Shown: one piece after another, positions 1 through 11,759 of the stretch
Layout of the letters: the number at the start of each line of letters is the position of its first letter
Numbering within the stretch: position 1 is the stretch's first letter
NCBI GenBank assembly: GCA_965217605.1
Contig: CBDCJB010000005.1
Coordinates: 1,942-65,941, forward strand
Direction of reading: 5' to 3'
DNA: 64,000 nt
Source of the DNA: Gammaproteobacteria bacterium
GTDB lineage: Bacteria; Pseudomonadota; Gammaproteobacteria; Ga0077536
Program-made: the position numbers and the translations under genes
Notes under the pieces: generated by a model
What the model was told of the DNA's origin: nothing
What the model saw: only the letters and a program-made list of their open reading frames with translations
Database searches by the model: none

Positions 1-1
1 A

Positions 2-565
2 TGCATCAGGTGTTTCGAAGTTGCGGTAACCGCGCCAATGTCCAACCCCGTTAATGATTCCAGCCGCGAACAATGGGATCCAAATCATCTGTACCGCCCA
101 AATCGTAATCCCGAGCGGGCCGAACAGAACGACGTCGATGAGGAACATGAGCGCGATGCCCGCACTCGAGTGCGGGCTATACAGACGGCGTTCGATCCAA
201 TCGTCGGGTGTTGCATACCCATACTGTGCGAGGATCGCGCTGTCCGATGCGTTGACGCGATAGAGCTCCGTACCCTTACCCAGCACTTCGCCGATACCGT
301 GTACCTGCGGGCTGTGAGGATCGTCTTCGGTTTCGACCGCCGCGTGGTGCTTGCGGTGGACTGCCGTCCACCCCTTGGTATTCATACCGGTCGTCAACCA
401 CAGCCAGGCGCGAAAAAAGTGGGCGATCACCGGATGCAGTTCGAGCGCGCGATGCGCCTGATATCGATGCAGAAAGATCGTTACCGCTGCGATGGTGATA
501 TGCGTGAACGCAAGCGCGACGAGGACATATCCCCACCAGGGTAATGGCACGAGACCTTCTAGCAT
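2..565 (-). CDS. desA: Membrane fatty acid (acyl-lipid delta-9) desaturase, DesA-like; partial, runs off window start
   Basis: Manual translation from ATG 565 (GGAGG upstream): MLEGLVPLPWWGYVLVALAFTHITIAAVTIFLHRYQAHRAL...HRKHHA...GYRNFETPDA, with desaturase His boxes. Not in ORF track. Confidence 0.9.
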   Translation of the reverse strand, partial: MLEGLVPLPWWGYVLVALAFTHITIAAVTIFLHRYQAHRALELHPVIAHFFRAWLWLTTGMNTKGWTAVHRKHHAAVETEDDPHSPQVHGIGEVLGKGTELYRVNASDSAILAQYGYATPDDWIERRLYSPHSSAGIALMFLIDVVLFGPLGITIWAVQMIWIPLFAAGIINGVGHWRGYRNFETPDA

Positions 566-635
566 GGCGCCTCCTGATGACAACCGTACTGGCTTAACTC
601 TATACCCAATCCGGGCAGATTTTCGAGCCCCGATC

Positions 636-651
636 GTTAATATTTATTAAC
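636..651. promoter_or_regulatory. AT-rich palindrome, candidate operator between divergent genes
   Basis: GTTAATA-TT-TATTAAC, perfect 7-bp arms in an AT-rich patch. Confidence 0.4.
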
Positions 652-840
652 ATGATACCTATTTTACTTCATGCGGAGCTTCACCTTCGCGCCGCGGCCA
701 TGCAGCGCGGTGACACCCGCACCTCGCCGTCACTCTTCCGCTATCGGCCGTAGGCGCCGGTTTCTCCAGTTTTTGCACCGCAGAGGCCGGCCGGACGGTG
801 TGCTTGGCAGCGCTCGAGACCTCAACAATAATGGCGACCC

Positions 841-1773
841 ATGGCGGACGATGTCCTGGTGGCGGCGCGCGGCTTGAATCGCTATTACGGCAACCAGCAC
901 GCCGTCCGCGACGTCGATATCACCTTGAAGCGCGGCGAAGTCCTCGGCTTTCTTGGCCTGAACGGCGCGGGCAAGACCACGACGATGAAAATCCTCGCGG
1001 GTGCGCTGCGTCCGCACGCCGGCGAGGTCGAAGTCTGCGGCATGTCGCCCGCGACCGCTCCCTTGAAGGCCAAAAAGGCGGTTGGCTATCTGCCGGAAGT
1101 GCCGCCCTTGTACGACGACGTGGGGGTCGACGACTATTTGACGTGGTGCGCACGCCTGCGCGGGATGGCGCGAGGCGCGATCGCTACGGCGGTGAGGCGC
1201 GCGCGCGCCCACTGCGGTCTGCAAGACGTCGGCCAGCGCTTGATCGGCCATCTCTCCAAGGGTTATCAGCAACGGATCGGTATTGCCCAGGCGATCGTCC
1301 ACAGCCCGGACGTGTTGATCCTCGACGAACCGACGTCGGGGCTCGACCCGCGGCAAATTCGTGACGTCCGGGATCTGATCAGGGCGCTGGCGCGCGACCG
1401 CGCCGTCATCGTGTCAACGCATATCCTGCCCGAAGTCCAGACACTCGCGACCCGCATCATGATCCTGCACCATGGTCGTGTCGCGCACGATGCACCCGTC
1501 GATGCATCGAGCGGGCGATTGCGGGTACGGTTCAAGGGCGATCCGCGGCTCGAGGTTCTGGATGCGATCGCCGGCGTGCAACACGCCCGGTCGAACGGGG
1601 ACGGCAGTTGGGAACTCGACGTCGACGACTGCGAGGACGCCGCCCGCGCCTTAAGCGAGCGCGCCGCTGCCGAAGGGTGGGGGTTGATTGAGTTGCAGCC
1701 GAACTACGATGCGTTGGAGTATTTGTTCATGCGCTTGACGGCCGGTGATGAACCGGCGGGCGACCGCGCGTGA
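841..1773 (+). CDS. ABC-2 transporter ATP-binding protein (GldA-like)
   Basis: Walker A GLNGAGKTT, LSKGYQQRIG signature, ILDEPT, H-loop STH. Confidence 0.92.
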   Translation: MADDVLVAARGLNRYYGNQHAVRDVDITLKRGEVLGFLGLNGAGKTTTMKILAGALRPHAGEVEVCGMSPATAPLKAKKAVGYLPEVPPLYDDVGVDDYLTWCARLRGMARGAIATAVRRARAHCGLQDVGQRLIGHLSKGYQQRIGIAQAIVHSPDVLILDEPTSGLDPRQIRDVRDLIRALARDRAVIVSTHILPEVQTLATRIMILHHGRVAHDAPVDASSGRLRVRFKGDPRLEVLDAIAGVQHARSNGDGSWELDVDDCEDAARALSERAAAEGWGLIELQPNYDALEYLFMRLTAGDEPAGDRA

Positions 1774-2516
1774 GTGCCGCCACCGGTGCGATAGCCCGGT
1801 TCGAGATCGCACGGCTGTTCAGGCGCCCGTTCGCCTGGGTCGTCTTGACCTTGGTCGAGGGATCCATGGCGGTCTTGTTCCTGCTTTTGATCGTGCAATA
1901 CATCAGTCTGGACGCGACGCAACATTCACCCGGTGCGACGCGTGCGATATTGATCCCGTATTTCTATCGCGCCGCGCTGCTCGTGATCATCATCACGCCG
2001 ATATTGACGATGGGGATCCTCAGTAACGAGCGCCGCGAAGGTAGACTCAGTTTCATGTTTTCGGCGCCGATCTCGGCGTTCGATATCGTCGCCGGGAAAC
2101 TGCTTGGCGTGCTTTCGATCACGGGCGTGCTGTGGATCCTGATGGGCGTGATCCCGTTGACTTTGTTGTGGGGCGCGCCCATCGACATGGGCGTCTATTG
2201 CACCAATATGCTCGGCCTCGCCTTGTTCATCGGGCTGCACTGTTGCCTCGGCCTCATGACGTCCGCGATGACCCGCCAACCCGTGATCGCGGGGCTGGGC
2301 GCGCTGGTCGTGTCCGTGTCGCTGTGGCTCGCCGATTGGGGCCAGCGACTCGATCCGGCCGCTGACGCACTGAGCACGATATCGACCCTGGGCCGGCTGC
2401 GTGGATTCTTGCTGGGTTTCATCAATTCGGCCGACGTCGTCTATTTCCTGATCGTCGCCGCATTGTTTGCGCTCACCGCGATGTGGTTGATCGAAAGCGA
2501 GCGGCGCTACGCCTGA
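1770..2516 (+). CDS. ABC-2 permease (GldF-like)
   Basis: About 6 TM segments; PILTMGILSNERREG and IVAGKLLG motifs; GTGA overlap with ATPase. Confidence 0.88.
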   Translation: MSAATGAIARFEIARLFRRPFAWVVLTLVEGSMAVLFLLLIVQYISLDATQHSPGATRAILIPYFYRAALLVIIITPILTMGILSNERREGRLSFMFSAPISAFDIVAGKLLGVLSITGVLWILMGVIPLTLLWGAPIDMGVYCTNMLGLALFIGLHCCLGLMTSAMTRQPVIAGLGALVVSVSLWLADWGQRLDPAADALSTISTLGRLRGFLLGFINSADVVYFLIVAALFALTAMWLIESERRYA

Positions 2517-2520
2517 GGTG

Positions 2521-3837
2521 ATGATGCGGCGCGTATTGCACTTTGCGGCCCCGATCGTGTTGCTCGCCGCCGCCGTGATCTCGATCGGTCTGGCCGACCA
2601 GCACGCTTCGATCGCGGATCTGACCCGCACGGCAACCCATTCCCTGCGCGATAAAAGCGTCGAGGTCCTGAACTTGTTGACCGGCCCCATCAGCATTACG
2701 GCCTTCGTCCCGGATGAACCGGATCTGCGCACCGGACTCCGGCAATTCTTCATGCCTTATCGACGCCATAAACCGGATCTCCATCTCGCCTTCGTCGATC
2801 CGCGCCTCGCGGTCGACACCACCCGGAACCACGGCGCCAAGCTCGGAGAGATCCTGATCGAATACGAGGGCCGCGTCGAACGCCTCACGCGGTTGACGGA
2901 AATCGAGGTCAGCTCGGCCTTGGCGCGCTTGGCGCGCGGAGCCGACCGTTGGATCACGTTTCTCGCCAACAACGGTGAACGGCGGGTCGAACGCGAAGCC
3001 AACGACGACCTCACCCGGTTCGCGCAATTGCTCGAACAACGCGGTCTCAGCGTGCGCGAATATACCTTGGCTCGGAACGCCATCCCCGCCGACACGGCCG
3101 TGCTGGTGCTGGCCTCCCCCTCAGTCGCCTACCTGCCCACCGAGATCGAAGCGATCACCGGCTTCGTTGCCGCGGGCGGTAACCTGCTGTGGCTGACGGA
3201 GCCCGATGCGCCGGAGGCGTTGGACGCTTTGGAAGCGATACTCGGTATCAAGGCCTACCTCGGTACGGTCGTCGATCCGGTCGGGCTCACCAAGTTTCGA
3301 AATCTGGCCTATGCCGTAGGGTTACAGCAACCCGCGCATCCGGTTCTCGCGGGCTTTAATCAGACCGTGGTGTTTCCATTCGCGGCCGCGCTCGCAGCCG
3401 GCGCCGATACGGACTGGGCCGCAACCACCCTGGCGCACACCGAAGACATGGCGTGGACCGAAACCGGCCGGTTCAAAAGCAACGTCAGTTTCGACGCGCC
3501 GGACGAGGTGCAAAGCCAGCTCAAACTCGCCATCGCGCTAAGCAGGCCGTCGCATGCGGCCGGGGCGAAACAGCGCGTAGTCGTGATCGGCGACGGTGAT
3601 TTCCTCTCGAACCGGTATGTCGACAGCGTGGGTAATCTCGAATTCGGGCGCCGGGTCTTGGAATGGCTGGCGACGGACGATGCCTTGATCGACATCGCGG
3701 TGCCCGCCATCCTAGATGCCGAAATGAACCTGGAGATGTGGCAACGCTTGAGCATCTTTTTGTTCTTCGCGGTTGGCCTGCCGTTTGTTTTTGCGCTTAA
3801 CGGCGGCTTGCTGTGGTGGCGGCAGCGCCGTGCCTGA
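2521..3837 (+). CDS. GldG-like ABC auxiliary component
   Basis: N- and C-terminal TM; DLTRTATHSL, FVDP, NNGER, RVVVIGDGDFLSN motifs; start 2518-2524 uncertain. Confidence 0.85.
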   Translation: MMRRVLHFAAPIVLLAAAVISIGLADQHASIADLTRTATHSLRDKSVEVLNLLTGPISITAFVPDEPDLRTGLRQFFMPYRRHKPDLHLAFVDPRLAVDTTRNHGAKLGEILIEYEGRVERLTRLTEIEVSSALARLARGADRWITFLANNGERRVEREANDDLTRFAQLLEQRGLSVREYTLARNAIPADTAVLVLASPSVAYLPTEIEAITGFVAAGGNLLWLTEPDAPEALDALEAILGIKAYLGTVVDPVGLTKFRNLAYAVGLQQPAHPVLAGFNQTVVFPFAAALAAGADTDWAATTLAHTEDMAWTETGRFKSNVSFDAPDEVQSQLKLAIALSRPSHAAGAKQRVVVIGDGDFLSNRYVDSVGNLEFGRRVLEWLATDDALIDIAVPAILDAEMNLEMWQRLSIFLFFAVGLPFVFALNGGLLWWRQRRA

Positions 3838-4645
3838 ATTGCCCGAGGTCGAAACCACCCGGCGCGGTATCGAACCCCTATTGCACGGCCGCGACGTCAC
3901 TGCGGTCACGGTGTACGAACCGCGTTTGCGCCAACCCGTGAGTGACGATCTGCCCACGGCCTTGACCGGCGCGTGTCTGGACGGGATCACCCGGCGCGCC
4001 AAATACCTGTTGTTCGATTTTCGGCGCGGCACACTCATCATCCATCTCGGCATGTCCGGAAGCCTGCGCGTGCTCGCACCCGCCGTACCGCGTCAGCCAC
4101 ACGACCACGTCGAGATCCGGTTTGGCGGTGCGCATTGCCTGCGTCTGCGTGACCCGCGTCGCTTCGGTTTGATGTTATGGACCGACCGCGACCCGATGCG
4201 CCACGCTTTATTGCGCGACCTCGGGCCGGAACCTTTCGATGCGGCGTTCACCGGGGCTTATTTACGTGCACGCTCACGCGGCCGCAGCCTGGCCATCAAG
4301 AATTTCATCATGGACGCGCACACGGTCGTCGGCGTCGGCAACATCTATGCGAACGAGGCCCTGTTTCGCGCGGGGATCCACCCGGCGCGCGCGGCCGGTC
4401 GCATCGGTCTGGCGCGCTATGAAGGCTTGACGTCCCACATTCGCGCGGTCCTCGAGCAGGCGATCGAAGCGGGGGGGACGACGCTGCGCGACTTCGTCGC
4501 CGAAGACGGGCGGCCCGGCTATTTCAGTCACGACCTGCAGGTCTACGGGCGTGACGGAGAACCCTGCTTACGCTGCCGGCAACCATTGCGGGTGCGCGTG
4601 ATCGGCCAGCGTTCCAGCTTTTTTTGCACGCGCTGCCAGCATTGA
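3830..4645 (+). CDS. mutM: Formamidopyrimidine-DNA glycosylase
   Basis: GTG start giving PELPEVET; RRAKYL, HLGMSG, GVGNIYANE, C-terminal zinc finger. Confidence 0.97.
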   Translation: MPELPEVETTRRGIEPLLHGRDVTAVTVYEPRLRQPVSDDLPTALTGACLDGITRRAKYLLFDFRRGTLIIHLGMSGSLRVLAPAVPRQPHDHVEIRFGGAHCLRLRDPRRFGLMLWTDRDPMRHALLRDLGPEPFDAAFTGAYLRARSRGRSLAIKNFIMDAHTVVGVGNIYANEALFRAGIHPARAAGRIGLARYEGLTSHIRAVLEQAIEAGGTTLRDFVAEDGRPGYFSHDLQVYGRDGEPCLRCRQPLRVRVIGQRSSFFCTRCQH

Positions 4646-4649
4646 CGAT

Positions 4650-6781
<2,132 letters not shown>

Positions 6782-6784
6782 GAA

Positions 6785-7267
6785 CTACTGAGGCAGCCGT
6801 TCTGCGAGCGCCTGTTTGATGCGCGGGTGCACGAAATCAGTGATGTCACCGCCCAGCTGAGCGATCTCGCGGACCAATGAGGACGATATATAGGTGAACT
6901 TTTCCGATGTCGGCATGAACACCGTGTCCGCTTCGGGCATCAATTTACGGTTCATCCCGGCCAGCTGAAACTCGTATTCGAAGTCTGTTACCGCGCGCAA
7001 ACCACGCAGAATGAGGGAGGCGTCGTTCGCGCGGGCGAAGTCGACCATCAGACCGTCGAACGATCTGACTTCGACGTTATCGAACTCGTCCAGAATTTCC
7101 GCCGCTAAGCGAACGCGTTCTTGCGCTGAAAACACGGTATTTTTAGCCGTGCTGCCGGCGACCGCGACGATCAGGCGATCGAATACGTCCGCGGCCCGCG
7201 AAACGATGTCGGTGTGTCCGTGGGTGATCGGATCGAAAGTTCCGGGGTAGATGACAATGGTGTTCAA
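6785..7267 (-). CDS. coaD: Phosphopantetheine adenylyltransferase
   Basis: IYPGTFDPITHGH, RGLRAVTDFEYE, ISSSLVREIA; TTG start after AAGGA. Confidence 0.96.
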   Translation of the reverse strand: MNTIVIYPGTFDPITHGHTDIVSRAADVFDRLIVAVAGSTAKNTVFSAQERVRLAAEILDEFDNVEVRSFDGLMVDFARANDASLILRGLRAVTDFEYEFQLAGMNRKLMPEADTVFMPTSEKFTYISSSLVREIAQLGGDITDFVHPRIKQALAERLPQ

Positions 7268-7321
7268 GGCGTTCCTTTCTTCAGGATTTCTCACATCACC
7301 CGCGCGCGCGGGCCACATAGT

Positions 7322-7882
7322 TTATCCCCTGCGTTGCAACAATGCGTAACTCACTCTTCGCGTGGCGTCCCGTTTCAGCGCATGCCAACGATCGTCATCG
7401 GTCCAACGATCGCGCGGGGCTTCCACGTAGATCATCGATTCCGGTGCGATCCAACCGCCGTTTAGTCGTTCCAGCACCCGCATGGGCGCAATCGAATCGA
7501 AGGGCGGATCGACGAATACGATGTCGTAGCGCTGTGGCGGGCCGTTCAACCACGTGAAGGCATCGGCATGGTGGATCGCGATCGACGTCGCGGCCAGGCG
7601 GTCTTTGAGCGAGCAGAGGGCCTCGGCGAGGATGCGGTCGTGCTCGATCAGATCGCATGACGCCGCGCCGCGCGAAACCGCTTCGAAGCCGAGCGCCCCC
7701 GTGCCGGCGAAGAGGTCCAGGCAGCGCGCGCCCGGCAGATCGTCTGAGAGCCAATTGAAGACGGTTTCGCGCACGCGATCAGGGGTGGGGCGCAGATGTT
7801 CCTTTGCGACAACGGGGATACGGGTGCCCCTCCATTGTCCGGCGATGATGCGGACCGAGCCGGACGCCCCGTGCTTAGGAAT
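7322..7882 (-). CDS. rsmD: 16S rRNA m2G966 methyltransferase; putative ATT start
   Basis: VRIIAGQWRG...LRPTPDRVRETVFNWL, LDLFAGTGALGFEAVSRGA, DPPF; start inferred. Confidence 0.9.
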   Translation of the reverse strand: MPKHGASGSVRIIAGQWRGTRIPVVAKEHLRPTPDRVRETVFNWLSDDLPGARCLDLFAGTGALGFEAVSRGAASCDLIEHDRILAEALCSLKDRLAATSIAIHHADAFTWLNGPPQRYDIVFVDPPFDSIAPMRVLERLNGGWIAPESMIYVEAPRDRWTDDDRWHALKRDATRRVSYALLQRRG

Positions 7883-9200
7883 CGTTGGATTCCACGTCCG
7901 CGCGGCCCACGATGATCGTCACCAGGCCGTCGATATCGACGCGGCGGCTGAAAGCGTCCTTGACCGCCTCCTGCGTCACTGCGGCGACTTTCTGCGTAAA
8001 GGTGTCGAGGTAATCGAGCGGCAGCTCGTAGAAGCCGATCATGGCGAGGTATTCGACGATCTTGGCATTGCTGTCGACGCGCAACGGGAAACCGCCGATC
8101 AGATTTTTTCTGGCCGAGTCCAGATCAGCGGCCGGTGGACCCTCGGCCACGAACTGCTCGATCGTCTCATGCAGCACTTTGAGCGCTTCCGCCTGTTGGG
8201 TGCGGTCCGTCTGCAGTGCGGCGACGAACGGGCCGGGTTGCGCCATCGGCATGAAATAGCTGTACGCGCTGTAGGACAGCCCGCGCTTGGATCGGATCTC
8301 GCGAAACAGGATCGAGACCAGCGAATTACCGCCGAGCGCGTGATTACCGACCAACAAGGGAAAGTAGTCCGGGTCGTCGCGCCGCATACCCGGCAGGCCC
8401 ACGCGTACGTGGCTCTGGATCGACGGAAAATCGATGCGCTTTTCCTGTGCGGACGGCGCGGCGATGTCGGGCAACATCGGCGCTTTCTCGCCGGCGGCCA
8501 GCGGTAGGCTGATGCGCTCGGCGATGTCTTTTGCACGGGCCGCGTCGAGCGCGCCGACGATGGCGATCACGGCGTTGCGCGCGACGTAGTAGCGCGCGTG
8601 AAACGCAGCGATGTCCGCACGTTTGATGGCGCCGACCGTTCGTTCGTTACCGTCGGTCGGCGAGGCATAGGGATGATCGGCGTACAAGGCTTGAAAGAAC
8701 GCTTCGGTAGCGACGGTCCCCGGAGATTGTTGCTTGTGCTTGAGCGCGATCAGTATGCGGGCACGCAGGCGTTCGATCGCACTGTCATCGAAGCGCGGCC
8801 TTGAGATGGCGTCGACGAACAACTCGAGCGCCGGTTCGGCGTATCGCGGGTCGGCCAGCGTTCTCAACGTGCCGTAGGCCATATCACGCGCCGAACCCAT
8901 CCGCAGCCGCGCCCCCGTCGCGCCGAGCGCGCGGCTGAAGGCGTCGGCGTCGAGTTCGCCCGCGCCTTCGGTGAGCAGACCGCTGGTCATATTGGCGAGG
9001 CCCTTGGACGCACCGTCGCGCGCGCTGCCCGCGGCGAACACGATGCGCACGTCGAGCATCGCGATCTCGGGGGCGGCGACGAAATAAACGCGCGCGCCGT
9101 TGGCCGTTTCCCAATGTTCGATCTTGGGGTTGCCGGCATCGACGTTCAGCGTCCAAAAGCCGATCACGAACAGCGTCACGATGTGATACGAGCGGGTCAT
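7875..9200 (-). CDS. M16 family peptidase, non-catalytic-type subunit
   Basis: Signal peptide; LFREIRSKRGLSYSAYS; HxxEH replaced by LANMTS. Confidence 0.9.
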   Translation of the reverse strand: MTRSYHIVTLFVIGFWTLNVDAGNPKIEHWETANGARVYFVAAPEIAMLDVRIVFAAGSARDGASKGLANMTSGLLTEGAGELDADAFSRALGATGARLRMGSARDMAYGTLRTLADPRYAEPALELFVDAISRPRFDDSAIERLRARILIALKHKQQSPGTVATEAFFQALYADHPYASPTDGNERTVGAIKRADIAAFHARYYVARNAVIAIVGALDAARAKDIAERISLPLAAGEKAPMLPDIAAPSAQEKRIDFPSIQSHVRVGLPGMRRDDPDYFPLLVGNHALGGNSLVSILFREIRSKRGLSYSAYSYFMPMAQPGPFVAALQTDRTQQAEALKVLHETIEQFVAEGPPAADLDSARKNLIGGFPLRVDSNAKIVEYLAMIGFYELPLDYLDTFTQKVAAVTQEAVKDAFSRRVDIDGLVTIIVGRADVESNDS

Positions 9201-10552
9201 GAGGCCTCCTCCGGCACCAGGTTCGCGACGGTCAATACGCCGCGTTTCAAATATTTCTCGGCGACTTCGCGAACCTGCTCACGCGTAACCGCTTTGATGG
9301 CGTCAACGTAGGTGTCCTTTAAGCGCCAATCCAGACCCACGGCCCTGAGGCTGCCGATAATCATCGCCTGATGCTGCATGGAATCGCGCTCGAAGACCGT
9401 GTCGGCGACGACTTGCGTTTTGATCCGTTCGAGTTCTTCGGCCGACGGCGGATCGGTTTTGAGTGCTTCGATCTCGTCCAGGATCGCTTCTTCCAGTTCG
9501 GCCAGCGAGGTTCCTTCGCGCGGCACCGCGCTGCAAAAAAACAAGGACGTCAAGCGAGCCGCCGACGAGAATCCAGCGCTGATCTGCGTTGCGATCTCAC
9601 GGCCGCGGACGAGGTTGCGATTGAAGCGCGCGCTGTTATCGCCGTCGAGGGTCTCAGCCAGCACGTCGAGCGCATAGATCTCCCATTCTTCGACGTCCTC
9701 GCGCGCAATGGCCTGCAGCAAAACGGGGACTTTGAAACCCATCACGAGATAGGGAACCTTAGCCTTGGCGCTCGCAAACTTGACACGCTTGATACCGCGC
9801 TGGGGCACCTCCGGGCGCGGTTTGGGCGGCGGAATATCACGGTTCGCCAACGGCCCGAAGTGTTTCTTGGCAAGCGCGTGAACCGTGTCCGGATCAACGT
9901 CACCCACCACCACCACGATCGCGTTATTGGGTCCATACCAACGGTCGTACCAGGATCTCAGATCGACCGCCGTCATGTTCTTGATATCGGCCGCCCACCC
10001 GATTACCGGGTAGCGATAAGGACTGGTTTGGAACGCGGCAGCGCGCGACGTCTCCTGCGCCAGCGACTGCGGATTATCGTCCGTGCGCAAGCGTCGTTCC
10101 TCGAGCACGACGTTGATCTCTTTCGTGAACTCGTCGTCCTCTATTACGAGGTTATGCATCCGCTCTGCTTCGAGCTCGAAACTGAGTTCGACGTTCTCGG
10201 CGGACCATTGCTGGAAATAGGCGGTGTAATCGGAGCTCGTGAAGGCGTTCTCGCGCCCGCCGCGCTCCGCGACGATCTTGGAAAACTCGCCCGTTTCGAG
10301 TTCTTTGGTACGCTTGAACATCATGTGTTCCAGCGCATGCGAAACGCCGGTAATACCGTCATGTTCGTAGCTCGAACCGACGCGGTACCAGACCTGCACC
10401 ACGGCGACCGGCGCGCGATGATCTTCCTGAACGATGAGCTCCAATCCGTTATCGAGCTTGTATTCATGGGTGCGATTTTCAGCGGCCGCAGGTATGCCGA
10501 AAACGAAGCACCCGACGGTTATGACGATACAAAGGCTACGCATCAGGCACAT
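9197..10552 (-). CDS. M16 family zinc peptidase, catalytic subunit
   Basis: HALEHMMFK (HxxEH), NAFTSSDYT, VVLEERRLR, signal peptide. Confidence 0.93.
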   Translation of the reverse strand: MCLMRSLCIVITVGCFVFGIPAAAENRTHEYKLDNGLELIVQEDHRAPVAVVQVWYRVGSSYEHDGITGVSHALEHMMFKRTKELETGEFSKIVAERGGRENAFTSSDYTAYFQQWSAENVELSFELEAERMHNLVIEDDEFTKEINVVLEERRLRTDDNPQSLAQETSRAAAFQTSPYRYPVIGWAADIKNMTAVDLRSWYDRWYGPNNAIVVVVGDVDPDTVHALAKKHFGPLANRDIPPPKPRPEVPQRGIKRVKFASAKAKVPYLVMGFKVPVLLQAIAREDVEEWEIYALDVLAETLDGDNSARFNRNLVRGREIATQISAGFSSAARLTSLFFCSAVPREGTSLAELEEAILDEIEALKTDPPSAEELERIKTQVVADTVFERDSMQHQAMIIGSLRAVGLDWRLKDTYVDAIKAVTREQVREVAEKYLKRGVLTVANLVPEEAS

Positions 10553-10686
10553 GCTCCAAACCGATCGGTGATGAAAATGATGGACTCCTCGTCTGCGCGA
10601 TCGTTCCCTTAGGATCGGCGCTCTAGCGAATGCTAGGATAGCCTATCCATGGGGGGCAATCGGTCTTTCATCCCAAACTAATACTG

Positions 10687-10759
10687 CCCCGGATTCCGCT
10701 ACGCTCCATCCAGGCTACTCGGGCAATGTAGCCTGGATGGAGCGTAGCGGAATCCGGGG
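10687..10759. repeat. GTAG-type REP pair (family A)
   Basis: Perfect 32-bp arms GTAGCCTGGATGGAGCGTAGCGGAATCCGGGG, 9-nt spacer; related copies at 18543 and 61591. Confidence 0.9.
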
Positions 10760-10837
10760 GCATCCCCATATCAGCATCGAATAACGCCGAAATGCTCGAA
10801 ATTGTTGCCGGCCCTGCGCCTTGAGATAGGTTCTAGC

Positions 10838-11758
10838 ATGTTCAGTCGACTCAAGGCCGGCATCGCCCGCACGCGCGAAGGGTTGGCTCGCACCTTCAAG
10901 CGCCTGCGCGGACCTGCGGTCAAAGTCGATGCGCGCGCGCTCGAAGACCTCGAAACGGTGTTATTGCAAGCCGACGTCGGTGTCGCCGCCACGGAGCGTA
11001 TCGTCGGAAGCGTGCGCCGCGTGCCGCAAGGGCAATCGCCGGCCGGCGCAATGCTGGAAACCATGACCGCCATCCTCGCGCCCTGCGAAGACGCGCCCCG
11101 CTATGCCGCATGCGCCGACGGTCCATTCATATTATTGGTTGTCGGCGTAAACGGCGTCGGCAAAACCACGACGATCGCCAAGATCGCGGCCAAAGCGCAG
11201 CATGAAGGCCACTCGGTGATGCTGGCGGCCGGCGATACCTTTCGCGCCGCGGCCGTCGAGCAATTGAAAACCTGGGGTGCGCGACTCGACGTGCCGGTCA
11301 TCGCTCAGGACGCGCGTGCGGATCCCGCATCGGTGATCTTTGACGCCTGCGCCGCCGCGCATAAACGCGGCATCGACATCCTCATCGCCGATACCGCCGG
11401 CCGGCTGCACACGCAGGATAACCTGATGGCCGAACTCATGAAGGTCCGGCGCGTGATCAACAAACATCACGACGGCGCCCCGCACGAAACGCTGCTCGTG
11501 CTGGACGCCACCATGGGTCAGAACGCACTCAATCAAGCACAGGAATTCTGCGCGGCCGTCGCGGTCACGGCGCTGTGTCTGACCAAGCTCGACGGCACCG
11601 CCAAGGGTGGGGTGATCTTCGCTTTGGCGGAGCGGTTCGGCTTGCCCATACGCTTCATCGGGGTCGGCGAAGGCGCGGACGATCTACAGCCGTTTAACGC
11701 CGCCGATTTCACCCGCGCGCTACTCGGCGACGCCGACGACACGGCGCCGAACGAATAA
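10838..11758 (+). CDS. ftsY: SRP receptor FtsY (short form)
   Basis: GVNGVGKTTTIAK, DTFRAAAVEQL, DTAGRL, TKLDGTAKGG. Confidence 0.97.
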   Translation: MFSRLKAGIARTREGLARTFKRLRGPAVKVDARALEDLETVLLQADVGVAATERIVGSVRRVPQGQSPAGAMLETMTAILAPCEDAPRYAACADGPFILLVVGVNGVGKTTTIAKIAAKAQHEGHSVMLAAGDTFRAAAVEQLKTWGARLDVPVIAQDARADPASVIFDACAAAHKRGIDILIADTAGRLHTQDNLMAELMKVRRVINKHHDGAPHETLLVLDATMGQNALNQAQEFCAAVAVTALCLTKLDGTAKGGVIFALAERFGLPIRFIGVGEGADDLQPFNAADFTRALLGDADDTAPNE

Positions 11759-11759
11759 C

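Noticed and set aside
38-544. 168-aa plus-strand ORF
   Set aside because: Antisense shadow of the minus-strand desaturase
9371-10612. 413-aa plus-strand ORF
   Set aside because: Antisense to the M16 peptidase, no motifs; typical high-GC shadow
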